Source: Lama guanicoe
Taxonomy: Eukaryota
NCBI GenBank assembly: GCA_013239625.1
Contig: MU053444.1
Coordinates: 389,822 to 453,821, forward strand
Length of the DNA: 64,000 nucleotides
Direction: 5' to 3'
Shown: piece after piece, positions 40,333 through 54,924 of the stretch
Numbering within the stretch: position 1 is the stretch's first letter
How the letters are laid out: each line of letters begins with the position of its first letter
Program-made: the position numbers and the translations under genes
The notes under the pieces: generated by a model
Told to the model about the DNA's origin: nothing
What the model saw: the letters and a program-made list of their open reading frames with translations, nothing else
Databases searched by the model: none

Positions 40333-43300
40333 AGGAAGGAGGTGAAGATAGTACAGAACAATGCAGAATTCACCTCCCCTCACAAACACATCAGAGCCAC
40401 ATCCACATGTGGAAGAATTCGCACTTAAAACTAACTGCAGAATGGCAGAAAGACTCCTGTACAACCGAGGCTGCAAGAAAGATCCACGCAGAATATGGCA
40501 GGAAGGGAAGAGAAGTGATCAGGTTGAGACCTGTGCCCCTGAGAGAGGACACAGATGAAAAGGGAGATTACACAGGTGGAGATCCTCCTTGGGCAGTGAG
40601 TGGTCAAGCCACATATTTGGTGCCCTAGCATAGGGTCTGATACAGGGAAGGTGAGCCCCTTGACCAGTTGGAGGGCCAGTAAGTTCAACAGGAGGGCTGT
40701 GAACTTCACCAGTGAGGAGCATTCACATGCCTGCTTGCTCCTGAAGCAAGGCTAAGCACACAGACTGAAAACTGCACAGGAGGCTGCCTGGTTTCCTGTG
40801 ACTGCTGCAGCAAGCATCCAAGCCTCAGCCCAGTGAATGTTGGAGCCCCACTTGCTTCATGAAGCAGCTCCACACTGGGATGAGGTCCCAGGAGTGTGTA
40901 ACCCAGCTTGGCACCTGAGAAGAGCAGGGGCATCCGTTACTGGTGCTTACACAGTAAGCACATGAGAAGCACTTCTGATCTCCAGCTGAGGCCAAATGAA
41001 CACAGCTGGTGCCCAGACCCATGCTGGCAGCCCACACAGGCCCTATGTGCCCTGTGGTGCAATTCCATACCTGGGCAAGTGTGACAGAAGCCAAGGAAAG
41101 AGCTGAGCTGTGATGGAGAAAGGAAGCTCAGACCCAAAGCAGCATCTGAGCAAGGTCGGGGCATGCAATGCTGCTGCTTACCCAGGCTTACAACAGAAGC
41201 AGGGCAGATCTCTGCTCTGGCAAGACCACCATGTCCTGTGCCCCAGTTCAAGCCAAATGCCCAAACTCGCTCCAGTGCTGCTCCCCTCTGGAGCAAAGGT
41301 ACCAGTGCTGGAAGCAGGGAGAGCACATAGATGGAGCCTGCTTGGACCTGACATTTAGGGCTCCTAGTCCAGCCTTATGTGACTCATGTCCACTCCTAAG
41401 AGGGCAGAGACAGCCACTGAGCAGATTGGAAGCCTGAGTTCCAACGTGGATCCAGCTGTAGTCTCTCCATCTCTAGTAACACCTACTACCAAGGTGACGG
41501 CTGCCAGCACACCCTAAGGAAAGGCATAACTTGTGTTCAAGTCAGATCCAGCTCTCCGAACAAATCCACTGGTTACATGCTGACTGTATGGGGATGCTTC
41601 CACATTAGGAAGCCCCTTCAAGACAGCAACAGTAACTGTTTCACTTATCTCCTAGAGAGAGAAAATCAAGCAAAATGAGAAGAGAGAAGAACGTATCTCA
41701 AATTAAAGAGCAAGAGAAAACTAAAAAATAAAAACCAAAAAAACTATGAGCAGAAGACCTGAATAGACATATTTCCAAAGAAGATATGTGTATGGCCAGT
41801 ACATGTGTGAAAATATGCTCAGCATTGTTCATCATCAGAGAAATGATATATCATCACCTCATGCCTATCAGAATGGCTAATATCAGAGAGAATAAATATC
41901 AAATGTTGGAGAGCATGTGGAGAAAAGGGAACCCTCATGCACAGTTGGTAGGAATGTAAACTAGTGTAGCTACTGTGGAAAACATTTTCTCAAAAAATTT
42001 GAAAATATAACCCAGCAAATTCACTCCTGGCTATATATCCAAAGAAAAAAATTAAAACACTAATTGAATAAAATATATGCACTCAATGATCACAGCAGCA
42101 TTATTTACAATAGCCGAGTTATGAAAGCAATCTAAGTGTCCATTAACAGATGAATGGATAAAGAAATGTGGTATATATATTCACATAATGGAATACTACT
42201 CAGCCATAAAAAAGAATGAAAGTTTTTGCCATTTGTAATAATATGGATGGTCTTGGAGGGTATTATACTAAGTGAAATAAGTCAGATAGAGAAAGACAAA
42301 TGCTGTATGATATCACTTATTTGTAGAATATATTTTAAAAAGCTAGTGAATATAAGAAGAAAGAAACACAAATACAGAGAACAAACTAACAGTTACCAGC
42401 AGAACAAGAAAGGGGGAGAGGCATCATAGAGGTAGGGAATATTAAGAGGTATAATCTCCTATGAATAAAATATACATAGGATATATATAGAATATAAAAT
42501 ATATAGAGAGAGACTATTACTCAGCAATAAAATAAGAAATTTCTATTGATAACAATATGGATGGACCTTGAATGTATTATGATAAGTGTGATGTCAGACA
42601 CAAGATATTGTATGATTTTACTTATATGTGGAATCTAAATAAACACATAACAAACAAACAAACAAACCCACCAAACTCATAGGCAAAGAGATCAGATTAG
42701 TGGTTACCAGTGGCTGGGATTGGAGGACTAAGGGGTGGTGAGAGGAAATTGGATGAAGGTGGTCAACATTTACAAACTACCCTTAGAATGACTATTCTTT
42801 AGGTCCTTACTTCATCATTCTAAGTGAAGTAAGTCAGAAAGAGAAACAAAACTACCACGATATCACTCACATGTGGAATCTAAACACACACACACACACA
42901 CACACATACACACACACACACACACAAATGAACTTATTTACAAAACAGAAACATACTCACAGACTTAGAAAACAAACTTATGGTTAGCAGGGGGAAAGGA
43001 GGTCAGAAGGGATAAATTGGGATTTCAGAGATTTGCAGATCTGAACTACTTTGTATAAAATAGATAACAAGTTCCTTTTATACAGCACAGGGAAATATAC
43101 TCAATATCATATAGCAACCTATAATGAAAAATATGAAAATGAATATATGTATGTATATGCATAACTGAAACATTATGCTGTACCCCAGAAGTTGACACAA
43201 CATTGTAAACTAACTATACTTCAATAATAAATAAAATAGATAAACAAAAATTATTTACAAAATTCCAGTTATAAGTTAAATGGGTACTGGGGGTTTAATG

Positions 43301-43522
43301 TACAACATGATGATTACAGGTCACACAAAATATGGTATATATGAAAGTTTGAGTAAATCCTAAGAGTTACATCACAAGGAAAAACTTTTTTTGGTATGTA
43401 TATGAGATGATGGACATTAACCAAACTTTTTGTGGTATTTGTTTCATGATATATATAAATCAAGTTATGTTGTACACTTGGACTTTATGGTTGTAGGTCA
43501 ACCATATTTCAAGAAAACTGGA
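40333..43522 (+). mobile_element. L1 with 5'UTR fused to the ORF2 3' end/3'UTR; nested L1 tail at ~42781-43250
   Basis: GC-rich 5'UTR 40333-41670, ORF1 start ~41675, then GCAGAAGACCTGAATAGACAT (late ORF2) at ~41749. Confidence 0.8.
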
Positions 43523-43526
43523 AATA

Positions 43527-46500
43527 GAGGAGAGGTCAGATCAAAATGACAGAATAGAAGGACATGGAGCTCATTTCCTCCTATAAATATATCAAAAATA
43601 AATCTACATGTAGAACAATTCTCACAGAATACCTGCTGAATGCTGGTAGAAGCTCTCATAAGACCAAAATTCCAAGGATTACCACATAACAAGGTAGAAT
43701 GAAGGGTTAAAGAGTGGAATCAGATTGTGACCTGCACCTCTGGGTGGGAGCTGTGAGGGAGGAGATGTTTCCTCACCCTGGGCAACCCCTTCACCAGCAT
43801 GGAGATCCACCAGGACAGAAAGGGAGCTTCAGAGGCTCAGAGAAGAGGGCAGCAGTCAGTGTGCAGCAGACAGAAGGGAAAGAGACTGGCACAGAGGGTC
43901 TGTGCCACCTCGCTGCATTCCCGAGCCCAAGGGGCATATCTCCATGTGCGTGCAGAGGCTGGGTGCTGAAACTCAGGCTTCAGAGGTCAGATCTGGGAAG
44001 AGGACTAGGGGTGGCTGCGCAGGGACAGCCTGAAAGGGCTAGAGCCTGTTCTGAGCCACAATCAGGGGCATGCGCAGGAAGAAAGTTGGGTTCATCATGG
44101 AACCCCCAGTGTTGACATGCATGATCAAAGAAAGGGGCAGGGCGGGGCCACAGGAGCCTCACTCACAGAGCACTCACAGTAGGGGAGGCTCCACCTACCC
44201 TCCTATAACCATGCCAGCGCCAGTGGGAGGCTGCGCTCAAATCCAAGCCGATCCCCAGAGACTGTGCAACCTCAGAAGCAGGGCTGAAATCTGAGCATCA
44301 CAGGGGCTGGGCAACCCCCAGATGTATACAACAACAGGCAGTCTGTAAACTCAGTGCCTGCAGGACAGCTGAGCAGAGCTGGTGCTTCCCTGGCCAGGGG
44401 AGGTCTGGCTGTAGGCTCTGTGGCCTTGTGCATGCAAATATATGGTTGGGGTCTGGGCTGACCCAGCAGCACCCACAACAGGTCCAGGTGCATGACTCCA
44501 GCAGGCCTGGGCCTCAGCTCAGTTCTGTGCCAGCAGATCAGTGCCAGTGATTTTGGAAGCACAACGCCTAAGGGACACCCACGCTGAGGGCCTGAATTCC
44601 CTTGGTTGCAGTGGGCCGAGGGCAGTGCCCAAAACAATGTACTTTCTGAGCCACACACCAAGTGACTGGTGACACCACAGAGCACTCTTCCTAGGGGACA
44701 GCTATTGCAGAGGAACACTAAGTAGCTCCTCTCCCAGCGGGAGCACTCCAGGCCCGCCTACACACACTGCAGTTCTGTGTCCAATCTAGGGGCATCCACC
44801 CCAACAACTAGGAAGTAGACCTGCCCACAACAGAGCTGTGACAACCACAGAGCAAAAAGGAGACCCCACCCAACACCCAGTGCAGGCTCTGGGAACCACA
44901 GCAAAAATCACACCCCATACCAAGGGAATAACCACCAGCACACACTGAGGAAGAATGTGGGAGGCAACCATACTAAAACCAACCCACACAACAAAAATAT
45001 TAGACTTACAGAGGCTACACAGGGACACTCCCACTTAAAAAAGCCCTTCAAGACCATAGCAGATAACTGTTTCACTTAAATTCATAGAGTCAGAGAAATA
45101 TAAGTAAAATGAAAAAGTAGAGGAACCACTACCAACTAAAGACACTAGAGGATTCTGCTGAAAGAATAAGCAATGTAATAGACCTCTCCAGACTACCAGA
45201 ACGTGAGTTCAAAAAGGAGGTAATGAAACCACTGATGAAATTAAGAAAGTCTATTGATCGGAATGCAGATCATTTTAACAAGGAACTAGAAATTATAAAG
45301 AGGAGCCAATTAGTTTAGAAAATTCACTTGCTGAGACAAAAACTGGCTAAAGGCAACAAACAGCAAACTGGATAATGCAGTTTGAATGAAAAAGTGATTT
45401 GGAAGATAGAATAACAGAAATCACCCAATTGGTACAGCAGACAGAAAGACAAACGAAAAAAAACAGTGAAAGCAATATACCAGAAATATGAGATAATATA
45501 AAACATCCCAATCTAAGCATAATAGGGATCCCAGAAGGAGAAGGAAGAGAAAAGGAAATAAAAAATTTATCTGAAGAAACTATGGCTGAATACTTCCCAA
45601 ACCTAAAGAGGGAAAAAGATATCCAGGTACAGGAAGCACTGAGGATCCCATAAAACATGAGCCCAAAAAGACCTACAATGAAACAAATTGTAATTAAAAT
45701 GTCCAAAGTTAAAGAGAAGATTCTAAAGGTAGCAAGAGAAAAACAAAGAGTTAATTACAAGGGAATCCCCATATGGCTACCAGTTAATTTCTCTACAGAA
45801 ACGTTGCAGACCAGAAAGGAGCAGCAAAATGCATTCAAAGTCCCGAAGGAAAAACACCTGCAACCTACAATACTCTACCCAGCAAGATTATCATTTAGAA
45901 TAGAGGGAGAGACAAAAACTTTCTCAGACAAGTAAAAGCTAAAGCAATACAGGAACACTATAACTATCCTAAAAGAAATAGTGAAAGTTCTTCTCTAAAT
46001 ACAAAAGAAGCAGGAATTCATAGAAAAGAAAGAAAATCACAACTGGAAATGTGATAACTACAGTGAATGGCAAAAAGAAATATGAAGATGCAAAAGAGGA
46101 CATCAAAATCATAAAATGTGGGGGAGGAGAGTAAGAAAGTGTAGATTTTTTTTTTTAGAATGTGTTTGAGCCCATATGGCTACCAGTCTAAAGATACCAG
46201 TCTAAATATATAAGTAATGGGTAAACATACTTGAAAAACAGGGTAACCACAAATGAAAAACATACAATAGAGTCAGAAAAAGCAAAAAGAACAGAACAAC
46301 AGCATAATACAAAAGAAAACCATCAAAAACACAATATGAAAAACAAAAAAGAACAGAAGAAATACAAAATCAATCAGAAAACAAAGTTTAAAATGGCAAT
46401 AAATACATATCTATCAATAATTTAAAAATCAATGGACTAAAGGAAAACACAAATGAACATTAATACAAAACATAAACAGACTCATAGTGATAGAAAACAA

Positions 46501-49500
46501 AATTGTGGTTGCCAGGAGGAGAGGGGTGGGAAGGGACAACTGGGAGTTAACAATTTGTAGATACTGACAGGCATATGTAGAATAGATAAACAAGATTATA
46601 CTGTATAGCACAGGGAAATATACACAAGATCTTGTGGTAGCTCACGGTGAAAAAGAATGTGACAATGAATATATGTATGTTCATGTATAACTGAAAAATT
46701 GTGCTCCACACTGGTAACTGACACAATATCATAAATTGACTATAACTCAAAAAAAAAAAAGAAAGAAAAAAGAAAAATGAAAAACTGAATGGATTAAATG
46801 TTCCAAGCAAAAGACACAGAGTTGTATACTGGATAATAAAACAAAAGCCTACAATATGCTACCTATAAGAGGTCCACTTTAGGGCAAACGACACATACAG
46901 ATTGAAAGTCAAAGGATGTAAAATGATGTTTCATGCAAAAAGAAATGACAAGAAAGTGGGGGTATCAATACTCATATCAGACAAAATAGACTTTAAAATA
47001 AAGACCATAAAGAAAGAAAAAAGGACACTATGTAATGATAAAAGGAACAATACAACAAGAGGTTTTTATACTCATTAACATATGTGCTTGCAATACAGGA
47101 GCACCTAAGTCCTAATAGACATAAAGGAAGTGTGTGTGCATATGAATGCATGTGTGTATGTATATACACACACATATATATATACACACATACACATAAA
47201 GGGAGAAACTAATGGGATTACAGTAAGAGTAGGAGACTTTAACACCCACTCACATCAATGGACAGATCTTCCAGACAGAAAATCAAAGAGAAATTCTCAA
47301 TGATATAATAGAACAATTAGACCTACCTTATATTATAAGAACATTATATCCCTCAAAATATGAGAATATGCATTCTATCCAAATGCACATGGAACATTTT
47401 TTAGGATTGATTATGTAACATGAAACAAAAGCCTCAACAAATTTAATAGGATAGAAATTATTTCAAGCATCTTTTCTGACCATGACATAAAAATAGAAAT
47501 CAACAACTGCAGGAGAAATGAGAAAAAACCTGACTGCATGGAGACTAAACAATGTGCTACTAAAAAAACCTGTGGGTCAATGATGAAATCAAAGAGGAAA
47601 TTTAAAAATATACTGAGACATTTGACAATAAAAACACAACCACACAAAATCTATGGGATGCAGCTAAAATAATCCTAAGAGGGAAGTTCAGAGTGACACA
47701 GGCCTTTTTCAAAAAATAAGAGAAATATCAAAGAATGTAACCTACCAATTAAAAAAATTTAAAAAAGATGAAACAAAATCCAAAGTCAGCACGATGAAGG
47801 AAACAACAAAAATCAGAGAAAAATATATAAAATAGACATTTTAAAAACAGTAGAAATTTTTTTTTTAAATCCAAAAGCTGGTTCTTTGAAAGGGTAAACA
47901 AAATCAACAAACCTCTGGCCAGGTTCACCAAGAAGAAAAGAGAGAGAACCCAAATACACAAAATAAGGAATGAAAGAAGAAAAATAACAACCAGTACCAC
48001 AGAAATACAAACAAACACAAAAACAAAAACCACAAGAGAATACTATGAACAATTATATGTCAACAATTGGAAAACCTAGAAGAAATGGAACTTTCTAGAA
48101 ACACACAGCCCACCAAACTGAACAGGAACAATCAGATAATCTGAGCAGATTAATCACCAAAAGTGAAATTGAATCAGTAATTAAGAAAGAAAAACAAAGA
48201 GATTCCCTGCAAACAAAAGTCCAGGACCAGATGGCTTTACTGGGGAATTCCAATAAACAAACAAAGAAGAAATTAAACTAATCCATCTCAAATTCTTTCC
48301 ACAGATTGAAGAGAGAATGCTCCAAATCTCATTCTATGAAACCACCATTATTATCCTGATACCAAAAACAGACCTAGACATTACTAAAAAAGAAAATTAT
48401 AGGCTAATATCACTGATGAACAGTGATACAAGAATTTTAACAAAATATTAGCAAACAGAATGCAATTACACATAAAAAAAGATCACACAAGTTGGATTCA
48501 TCCCAGGGACACAAGGACAGTTCCACATATGCAAATCAATCACCTTGATACACCATATCAAATAAAGAGGAGACAAAAATCACATAATCATCTCAAGATG
48601 CAGAAAATGCGTTTGATAAAATTCAACATCCACTTATGATAAGAACTCTTACCAAAGTGGGTATAGAGGGAACATATCTCAACATAAAAAAAACCTATTT
48701 ATGATAAACCCACAGTCAACATAACTTTCAACAGTGAAAACTTGAAAGCCTTTCCACTAAAATCTGGAACAAGACAAGGATGCCCACTCTCACCACTTCT
48801 ATTCAATATAGTATCGGGAAGTCCTAGTCACAGCAATCAGACAAAAAATAAATAAATAAATAAAAGGGATCCACATTGAGAGAAGAGGCAAAATTATCAT
48901 CATATGAAGATGATATGATACTATATGTAGAAAACACGAATGATGCCACACAGAAACTACTACAACTAGTAGATGAATTCAGCAAGGTAGCAGATATAAG
49001 ATTAACATACAGAAATCAGTTGCATTTGTTTACATTAACAATGAAATATCAGAAAGTGAAAGTTAAAAAACTGTTTTTAAAATCACACCAAGAATAAGTG
49101 AAATAATTTAGTAATAAACCTGACCAAGGAGGTGAAAGACCTAAAGCAATCTACAGATTTAATGTGATCCTTAAAAAGTTACCCAGGACATTTTCCCCAG
49201 AACTAGAACAAATATCCCTAATATGTATACAGAACCCTAAAAGATCCTGAATTACCAAAGCAACTGTGAAGAAAAAAAACAAAGGTGGAGGCATAACACT
49301 CCCAGAATTACGATAATGCAACAAACCTACAGTAATCAAAACAGCATGGTACTGGCATAAATATATAAACCCACACACCAATGGTCAATTAATCTTGACA
49401 AAGGAGGTCAGAATATACAATGGAGAAAAGACAGTCTCTTCAGCAAGTGGTGTTGCAAAAGCTAGACTGCTGCATGCAAATCAATGAAGATAGTATAGTC

Positions 49501-50307
49501 CCTCACACCATATACAAAAATAAAGTCTAAGTGGATTGAAGACTTAAACATAAGACATGATGACATAAAACTCCTAGAAGAGAAATCAGGCACATCATTT
49601 TCTGACATAAGCTGTACCAATGTTTTCTTAGGTCAGTCTCCCAAGGTAATAGAAATAAAAGCAAAAATAAACAAATGGAAGCTAATCATATGTATAAGCT
49701 TTTGCACAGTAATGGAAACCATAAACAATATGAAAAGACATCCTATGGAATTGGAGAAAATATTTGCAAACAATGAGACTGACAAGGGATTAATTTCCAT
49801 AATATATAAGTAGCTCATATGACTCAAACATAACAAAAAAATCCAACCAAATCAAAAAATGGGCAGAAGACCTAAACAGACATTTCTCCAAATAAGACAT
49901 ACAGATGGCCAATAGGCACATGAAAAGATGCTCAACATCATTAATTATTAAAGAAATACAAAGCAAAACCACCATGGGGTACTACTTCACAATGGTCAGA
50001 ATGGCCATCATTAAAAAAAACACAAATAACAAATGCTGGAGAGAATGTGGAGGAAAGGGAACCCTCCTACACTGTTGGCAGGAATGTAAATTGGTGCAGC
50101 ACAATGGAAAACTAAATGGAGGTTCCTTAAGTAACTAAAAACAGAGTTCCATATGATCCAGAAATCCCACTCCTCAACATATATCTAGAGAAAACTAAAA
50201 TTTAAAAAGATACATGCACCCCAGTGTTCATAGCAGCACTATTGACTATAGCCAAGATGTGAAAGCAACCTAAATGTTCACTAGCTGATGAATGGATCAA
50301 GAAGTGG

Positions 50308-50370
<63 letters not shown>

Positions 50371-50815
50371 AAATAACACAGAGACANNNNNNNNNNNNNN
50401 NNNNNNNNNNNNNNNNNNNNNNNNNNNNNNNNNNNNNNNNNNNNNNNNNNNNNNNNNNNNNNNNNNNNNNNNNNNNNNNNNNNNNNNNNNNNNNNNNNNN
50501 NNNNNNNNNNNNNNNNNNNNNNNNNNNNNNNNNNNNNNNNNNNNNNNNNNNNNNNNNNNNNNNNNNNNNNNNNNNNNNNNNNNNNNNNNNNNNNNNNNNN
50601 NNNNNNNNNNNNNNNNNNNNNNNNNNNNNNNNNNNNNNNNNNNNNNNNNNNNNNNNNNNNNNNNNNNNNNNNNNNNNNNNNNNNNNNNNNNNNNNNNNNN
50701 NNNNNNNNNNNNNNNNNNNNNNNNNNNNNNNNNNNNNNNNNNNNNNNNNNNACTGAATTACTAGATACCAGAAACTAACACAATGTTGCAAATCAACTAT
50801 ACTTCAATAAAAAAG
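43527..50815 (+). mobile_element. Near full-length LINE-1, inactive (5'UTR, ORF1 ~45108-46000, ORF2 from 46394)
   Basis: ORF 45657..45935 resembles ORF1p C-terminus (KEKILKVAREKQ...ILYPARLSFRIEGE). ORF2 fragments include MREEAKLSSYEDDMILY (degenerate FADD) and [17 protein letters not shown] tail ~50806. Nested L1 tail 46442-46780. Confidence 0.92.
50314..50364. repeat. (CA)n microsatellite; others at ~16503-16555, 35392-35430 and 42884-42926
   Basis: Direct reading. Confidence 0.95.
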
Positions 50816-51027
50816 TAAGTCTTAGAAAATGAAAATAAAACTGGTGTGGAAATCTTTAGGTAAAATAGTAGAGTAGGGAAACCTAGAATTCCATCCCTTC
50901 TGTAAAGCAATGATTAAACTAGAAAAAACACTCAGAACCAAATTTTTCAGAACTCTGCAATCTAACAAAACACCTGGAATAACCAAGGCATTCCTGGTTT
51001 GGCTTCCTGCTGCCAGAGTGGTCAATA

Positions 51028-51468
51028 CAGGCACACCTTGTATATATTTCAGGTTCAAGTTCCAGACCAATGCACTAAATTCAGTAATGTGATTTTTTGG
51101 TTTCCCAGTGCATATAAGTTATTTTTACACTATATTGTAGTACAGTAACTGTGCAATAGTGTTACATCTTTTAAAATGTTCATACTTTAATTTAAAAATA
51201 CTTTATTGCTAAAAAATGCTAGCCATCATCTGAGCTTCTAACAAGTCACAATAATTTGGCAATGGTAACATCAAAAGTCACTGATCACAGATCACCATAA
51301 AAAATATAATAATAATGAAAATGTTTGAAATGTTATAATAATTATCTAGAAGTGAGTAAATGCTTCTGGAAAAATGGCACAAATAGATTTGTTTGATGCA
51401 GGGTTGCCACAAACATTCAATCTATAAAAAATGCAGTACAGTCAAGGCACACTAAAACAAGATACAGG
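51028..51468 (+). mobile_element. Tigger2a/MER28-like MITE
   Basis: TA|CAGGCACACCT...TTTTTTGGTTTCCCAGTGCATATAAG...CACTGATCACAGATCACCATA. Confidence 0.75.
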
Positions 51469-51529
51469 TATATGCAACTTGTTTTTCAAAGAATTGTGTT
51501 TTGACCTGTCTGGGGGCTCCCTGAGAACT

Positions 51530-54100
51530 CCTTCAACTCAATAACCAAAAAAAAAAATTATTTAAAAATAAACAAAGGACTTTAAACAGACATCTCTCCA
51601 GAGAATATATACAAATGGCCAACAAGCTTATGAAAATATGCTCAACATCACTAATCATTAGGGAAACACAAATCAAAAGCACAATCAGATACTACTTTAC
51701 ATTCATTATGCTAACTGCTATCAAAAAAAAAAGCAGAAAATAACAAGTGTTGGTGAGGATGTATAGAAACTGGAACCCTTGTGCACTGTTCATGGGAATA
51801 TAAAATGGTATAGATGCTGTGTAGAACAGTATGGTGGTGCCTCAAAAAATTTAAAATATAATTACCATGAGATCCAGCAATACCATTTCTTGGTATTTAT
51901 CCAAAAGAATTGAAAGCAGAGTCTCAAAGAGATACTTGTACACCCATGTTGATAGAAGCATCATGCACAATAGCCAAAAGGCAGAAGCAAACCAAATATT
52001 CATCAACAGATGAATGAATAAACAAAATGTGATATATATACACAACAGAATAACATTCAACCCTAAAAAAGGAAGAAAATTCTAAAACATAGTACAACAT
52101 GGGTGAATCCTGAAAACATTACCTTAAGTAAAATAAGCCAGTCACAAAAAGACAAGTCCTATATGATTTCACTTACATATACATGAAGTATCAAGAGTAG
52201 TCAAACTCACATAAAGTTGAATAGGAGGCAGAGGGGAGTGTGAACGCAAATACTGCAATGTGAGTGAAAATAGTGCAAACATATCAGTAAACAAAGATTG
52301 CTGAAACTAAGCCATCAGCGGCTGTCACCATCCCCCCATGGGGACAGGCCTGCAGCCCAGCCTCTGAAGCCACTCACTGTGGTGCCCTCTGAGCAGACTC
52401 AGAATAAGAAGGGAAAGGATACTGGCCCTAGATAGCTAGATGCTTGTCAAAGGAATGAATTCAATGAGCCCAAATGTTGGCTTCCTCCCATACATAGAAA
52501 AGCACTAAATTCTTTAACTTGAGATGCCTGGTTTTCTTTAGATTACAAGTAATCTTTTATTGTTTCAACTACCTGGTCTTTGTTGTAAAGCTCCTACATA
52601 ACCTAGCTCCTCCCCTACCTCTTTGGAGCAGTCCCTCAGAGCGATCTGAGAGGCTGTCATCCCAGCTCACATCCTCCTGCCAAATAAAACATAACTCTTA
52701 ATGTTTAGTCTGCACATTTATTTCAGTTGACAAGAGTTTCTGTTTAATGGGTACAGATTTTCAATTTTGCAAGATGAAAATGCTTTGGAAGTTGGTGCAC
52801 AACAGTGTAAATAAACTTAACACTTCTCAACTGCACATTTAAGAAGACTAAGATGATTAAAAAAAAAGAAAAGAAAAACAAGGTTGCCTGCTTTGGCCAC
52901 TTATATATTCAACACTGTACTAGAAATTCTAGCCAGAGCAAATAGGTCAGTAGGTAGCTATGTAGGTGGGTAGATAGGTAAATAAATAAATGGCATTCAA
53001 ACTGGAAAGGAAGAAGTACAATTATCTATCTGCAGATCACACGATGACATATATAGAAAATTCTAAAGAATCTACAAACTATTAGAACTAGTGAATAAAT
53101 TCAGCAAAGTTGTAAGATACAAGATCAACACTTAAAAATCCTTTGTATTTCTACACACTATCAATAAGCAATCAAAAAGGAGTTAGGAAAACAATTCCAT
53201 TTACAACAGCATCTAAAATAATACTTAAGAATAAATTTAAGTAAGGATGTGTAAGATCTGTACACTAAAAACTACAGAACATTGCTGAAAGAAATTAAAA
53301 ACCTAAGTTAATGGAAAAACACCTCATGTTCATGGATTCTAAGATTTACTATTCTTAAAATGGCAATATTGCCCAAAGTGGTCTACAGATACGATGTAAT
53401 CCTTATCAAAATTTCAATGGCCTTTTGTGTGGAAATAGAAAAGCTAGCATAAAATTCATATGACTTGCAAGGGACCTTGCTGTGGAACAGTTTGACAGTT
53501 TCAAAATAAGTTAAACACAGAATTATCACATACATGACCAATCCATTTCACTCCTAGGAAAAAACTGAAAATAGATCTTCAAACAAAAATTTGTACAAGA
53601 ACGCTCACAACAGCACTATTCTAAATAACCAAAAATGGAATCACATGTGCCCATCAATTACACGTATATATACATAAATATATATATATACATACATACA
53701 TACATACATACATACAATGGAATATTTATGCAGTCATAAAAGGGATGAAGAAGTGATATAAGCTACAATATGGGTGGATCTTGAAAACACAATAAGTGAA
53801 AAAAGCCACAAACAAAAGGCTACATTATTCCATGTATATGGGCTATCCAGAATAGGCAAATCCATGAACAGGAAACAGATTTGTGGTTGCTAGGGGCTGG
53901 GGTAAAATGAGAGTAACTGTTAGTTAATTTACGTACTGCTTGTTAAGGGCACACGGTTTCCTTTTGGTGTGATGAAGAGAATCTAGAAGTAGATGACGGC
54001 TATGGTTGCACAACATTGTGAATGTACAAAATGTCACTGAATTCTACACTTTTTAATGGTTGAACTGTGAATTTCATGTCACGTGTATTCTATCAAAATT
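51530..54100 (+). mobile_element. L1 3'-end and ORF2 fragments (two or more elements)
   Basis: GCTCAACATCACTAATCATTAGGG, GAAGTACAATTATCTATCTGCAGAT, older L1 3'UTR motifs. Confidence 0.8.
52239..52732 (+). mobile_element. Solo LTR (ERV1-like) inserted in an L1 3'UTR
   Basis: TG...CA termini, AATAAA near the 3' end, near-TSD GGAG/AGAG; L1 sequence resumes after it. Confidence 0.75.
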
Positions 54101-54486
54101 AAATGAGTCAACACAGATTTAGATTCTGCCTCTAAATGTCACAATGCCTCATCCTACTAACCACCCTAGGTCACCCTGGTCTACTCAGACCTGTCCCTTC
54201 TCTGAACAATCATGAGTCCTAATACTGACTCAATTCATTTGAATTATTTACCACATATGTTCTTTTGACATCTCTTAACTTATCCCCTGGATTGGATAAG
54301 AATCGTTCACTTTATTCTTATCACTTCTTTAGGTAATGTTAAGGCTGTCACTGGAAGGTTCACAATCCCACCTACTAAGCCTCTCAAAAAAATTTTTACA
54401 TCCTAGTTTCACAAGTCAGTAAGATCACAAGATTCACATTTACCTACATGGCGTCTTTGTCCTACTGTTGATCTGCTACTCTGTAC

Positions 54487-54812
54487 TAGAGGTGAGCAAA
54501 CATATTTAATAAATGTCCACACAGTAAATATCTTAGGTTTGTGAGCCATACAATCTCTTTCACAACCACTCAACTCCACCCTTGTAATGTATACAAATTT
54601 AAGCAGCCACGGCTGCAAATGAATGAGCGTGACTGTGTTCCAGTAAAATGTTACAGACACTAAGAATAGAATTTCATAAAATTTTCACATTACAGAATAT
54701 TACTCTTGATTTACTTGTTTCTCAATCATCTAAAAATTCTAAAGTTTGTGGGCCATGGAAAAACAAGCAGCATGCTGCACATGGCCCATGGACTGCGATT
54801 TGCTGACTTCTG
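54487..54812 (+). mobile_element. MER58-like hAT MITE
   Basis: AGTAAATATCTTAGGTTTGTGAGCCAT...AATGAGCGTGACTGTGTTCCAGTAAAA...TTTGCTGACTTCTG. Confidence 0.7.
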
Positions 54813-54924
54813 GTATTTTTCCTGATGTTAACTTATTCATTTCAACTATTTCATGTGAATGTGCATTTTATAAACCTCAAATAGTCACCATTAAGCCAAA
54901 CTGTCCATAAATTAAACAACTCAC

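Noticed and set aside
43527..50815. Potentially active L1
   Set aside because: Many stops and frameshifts, a nested insertion at the ORF2 start, an internal deletion near 49140 and a degenerate RT motif.
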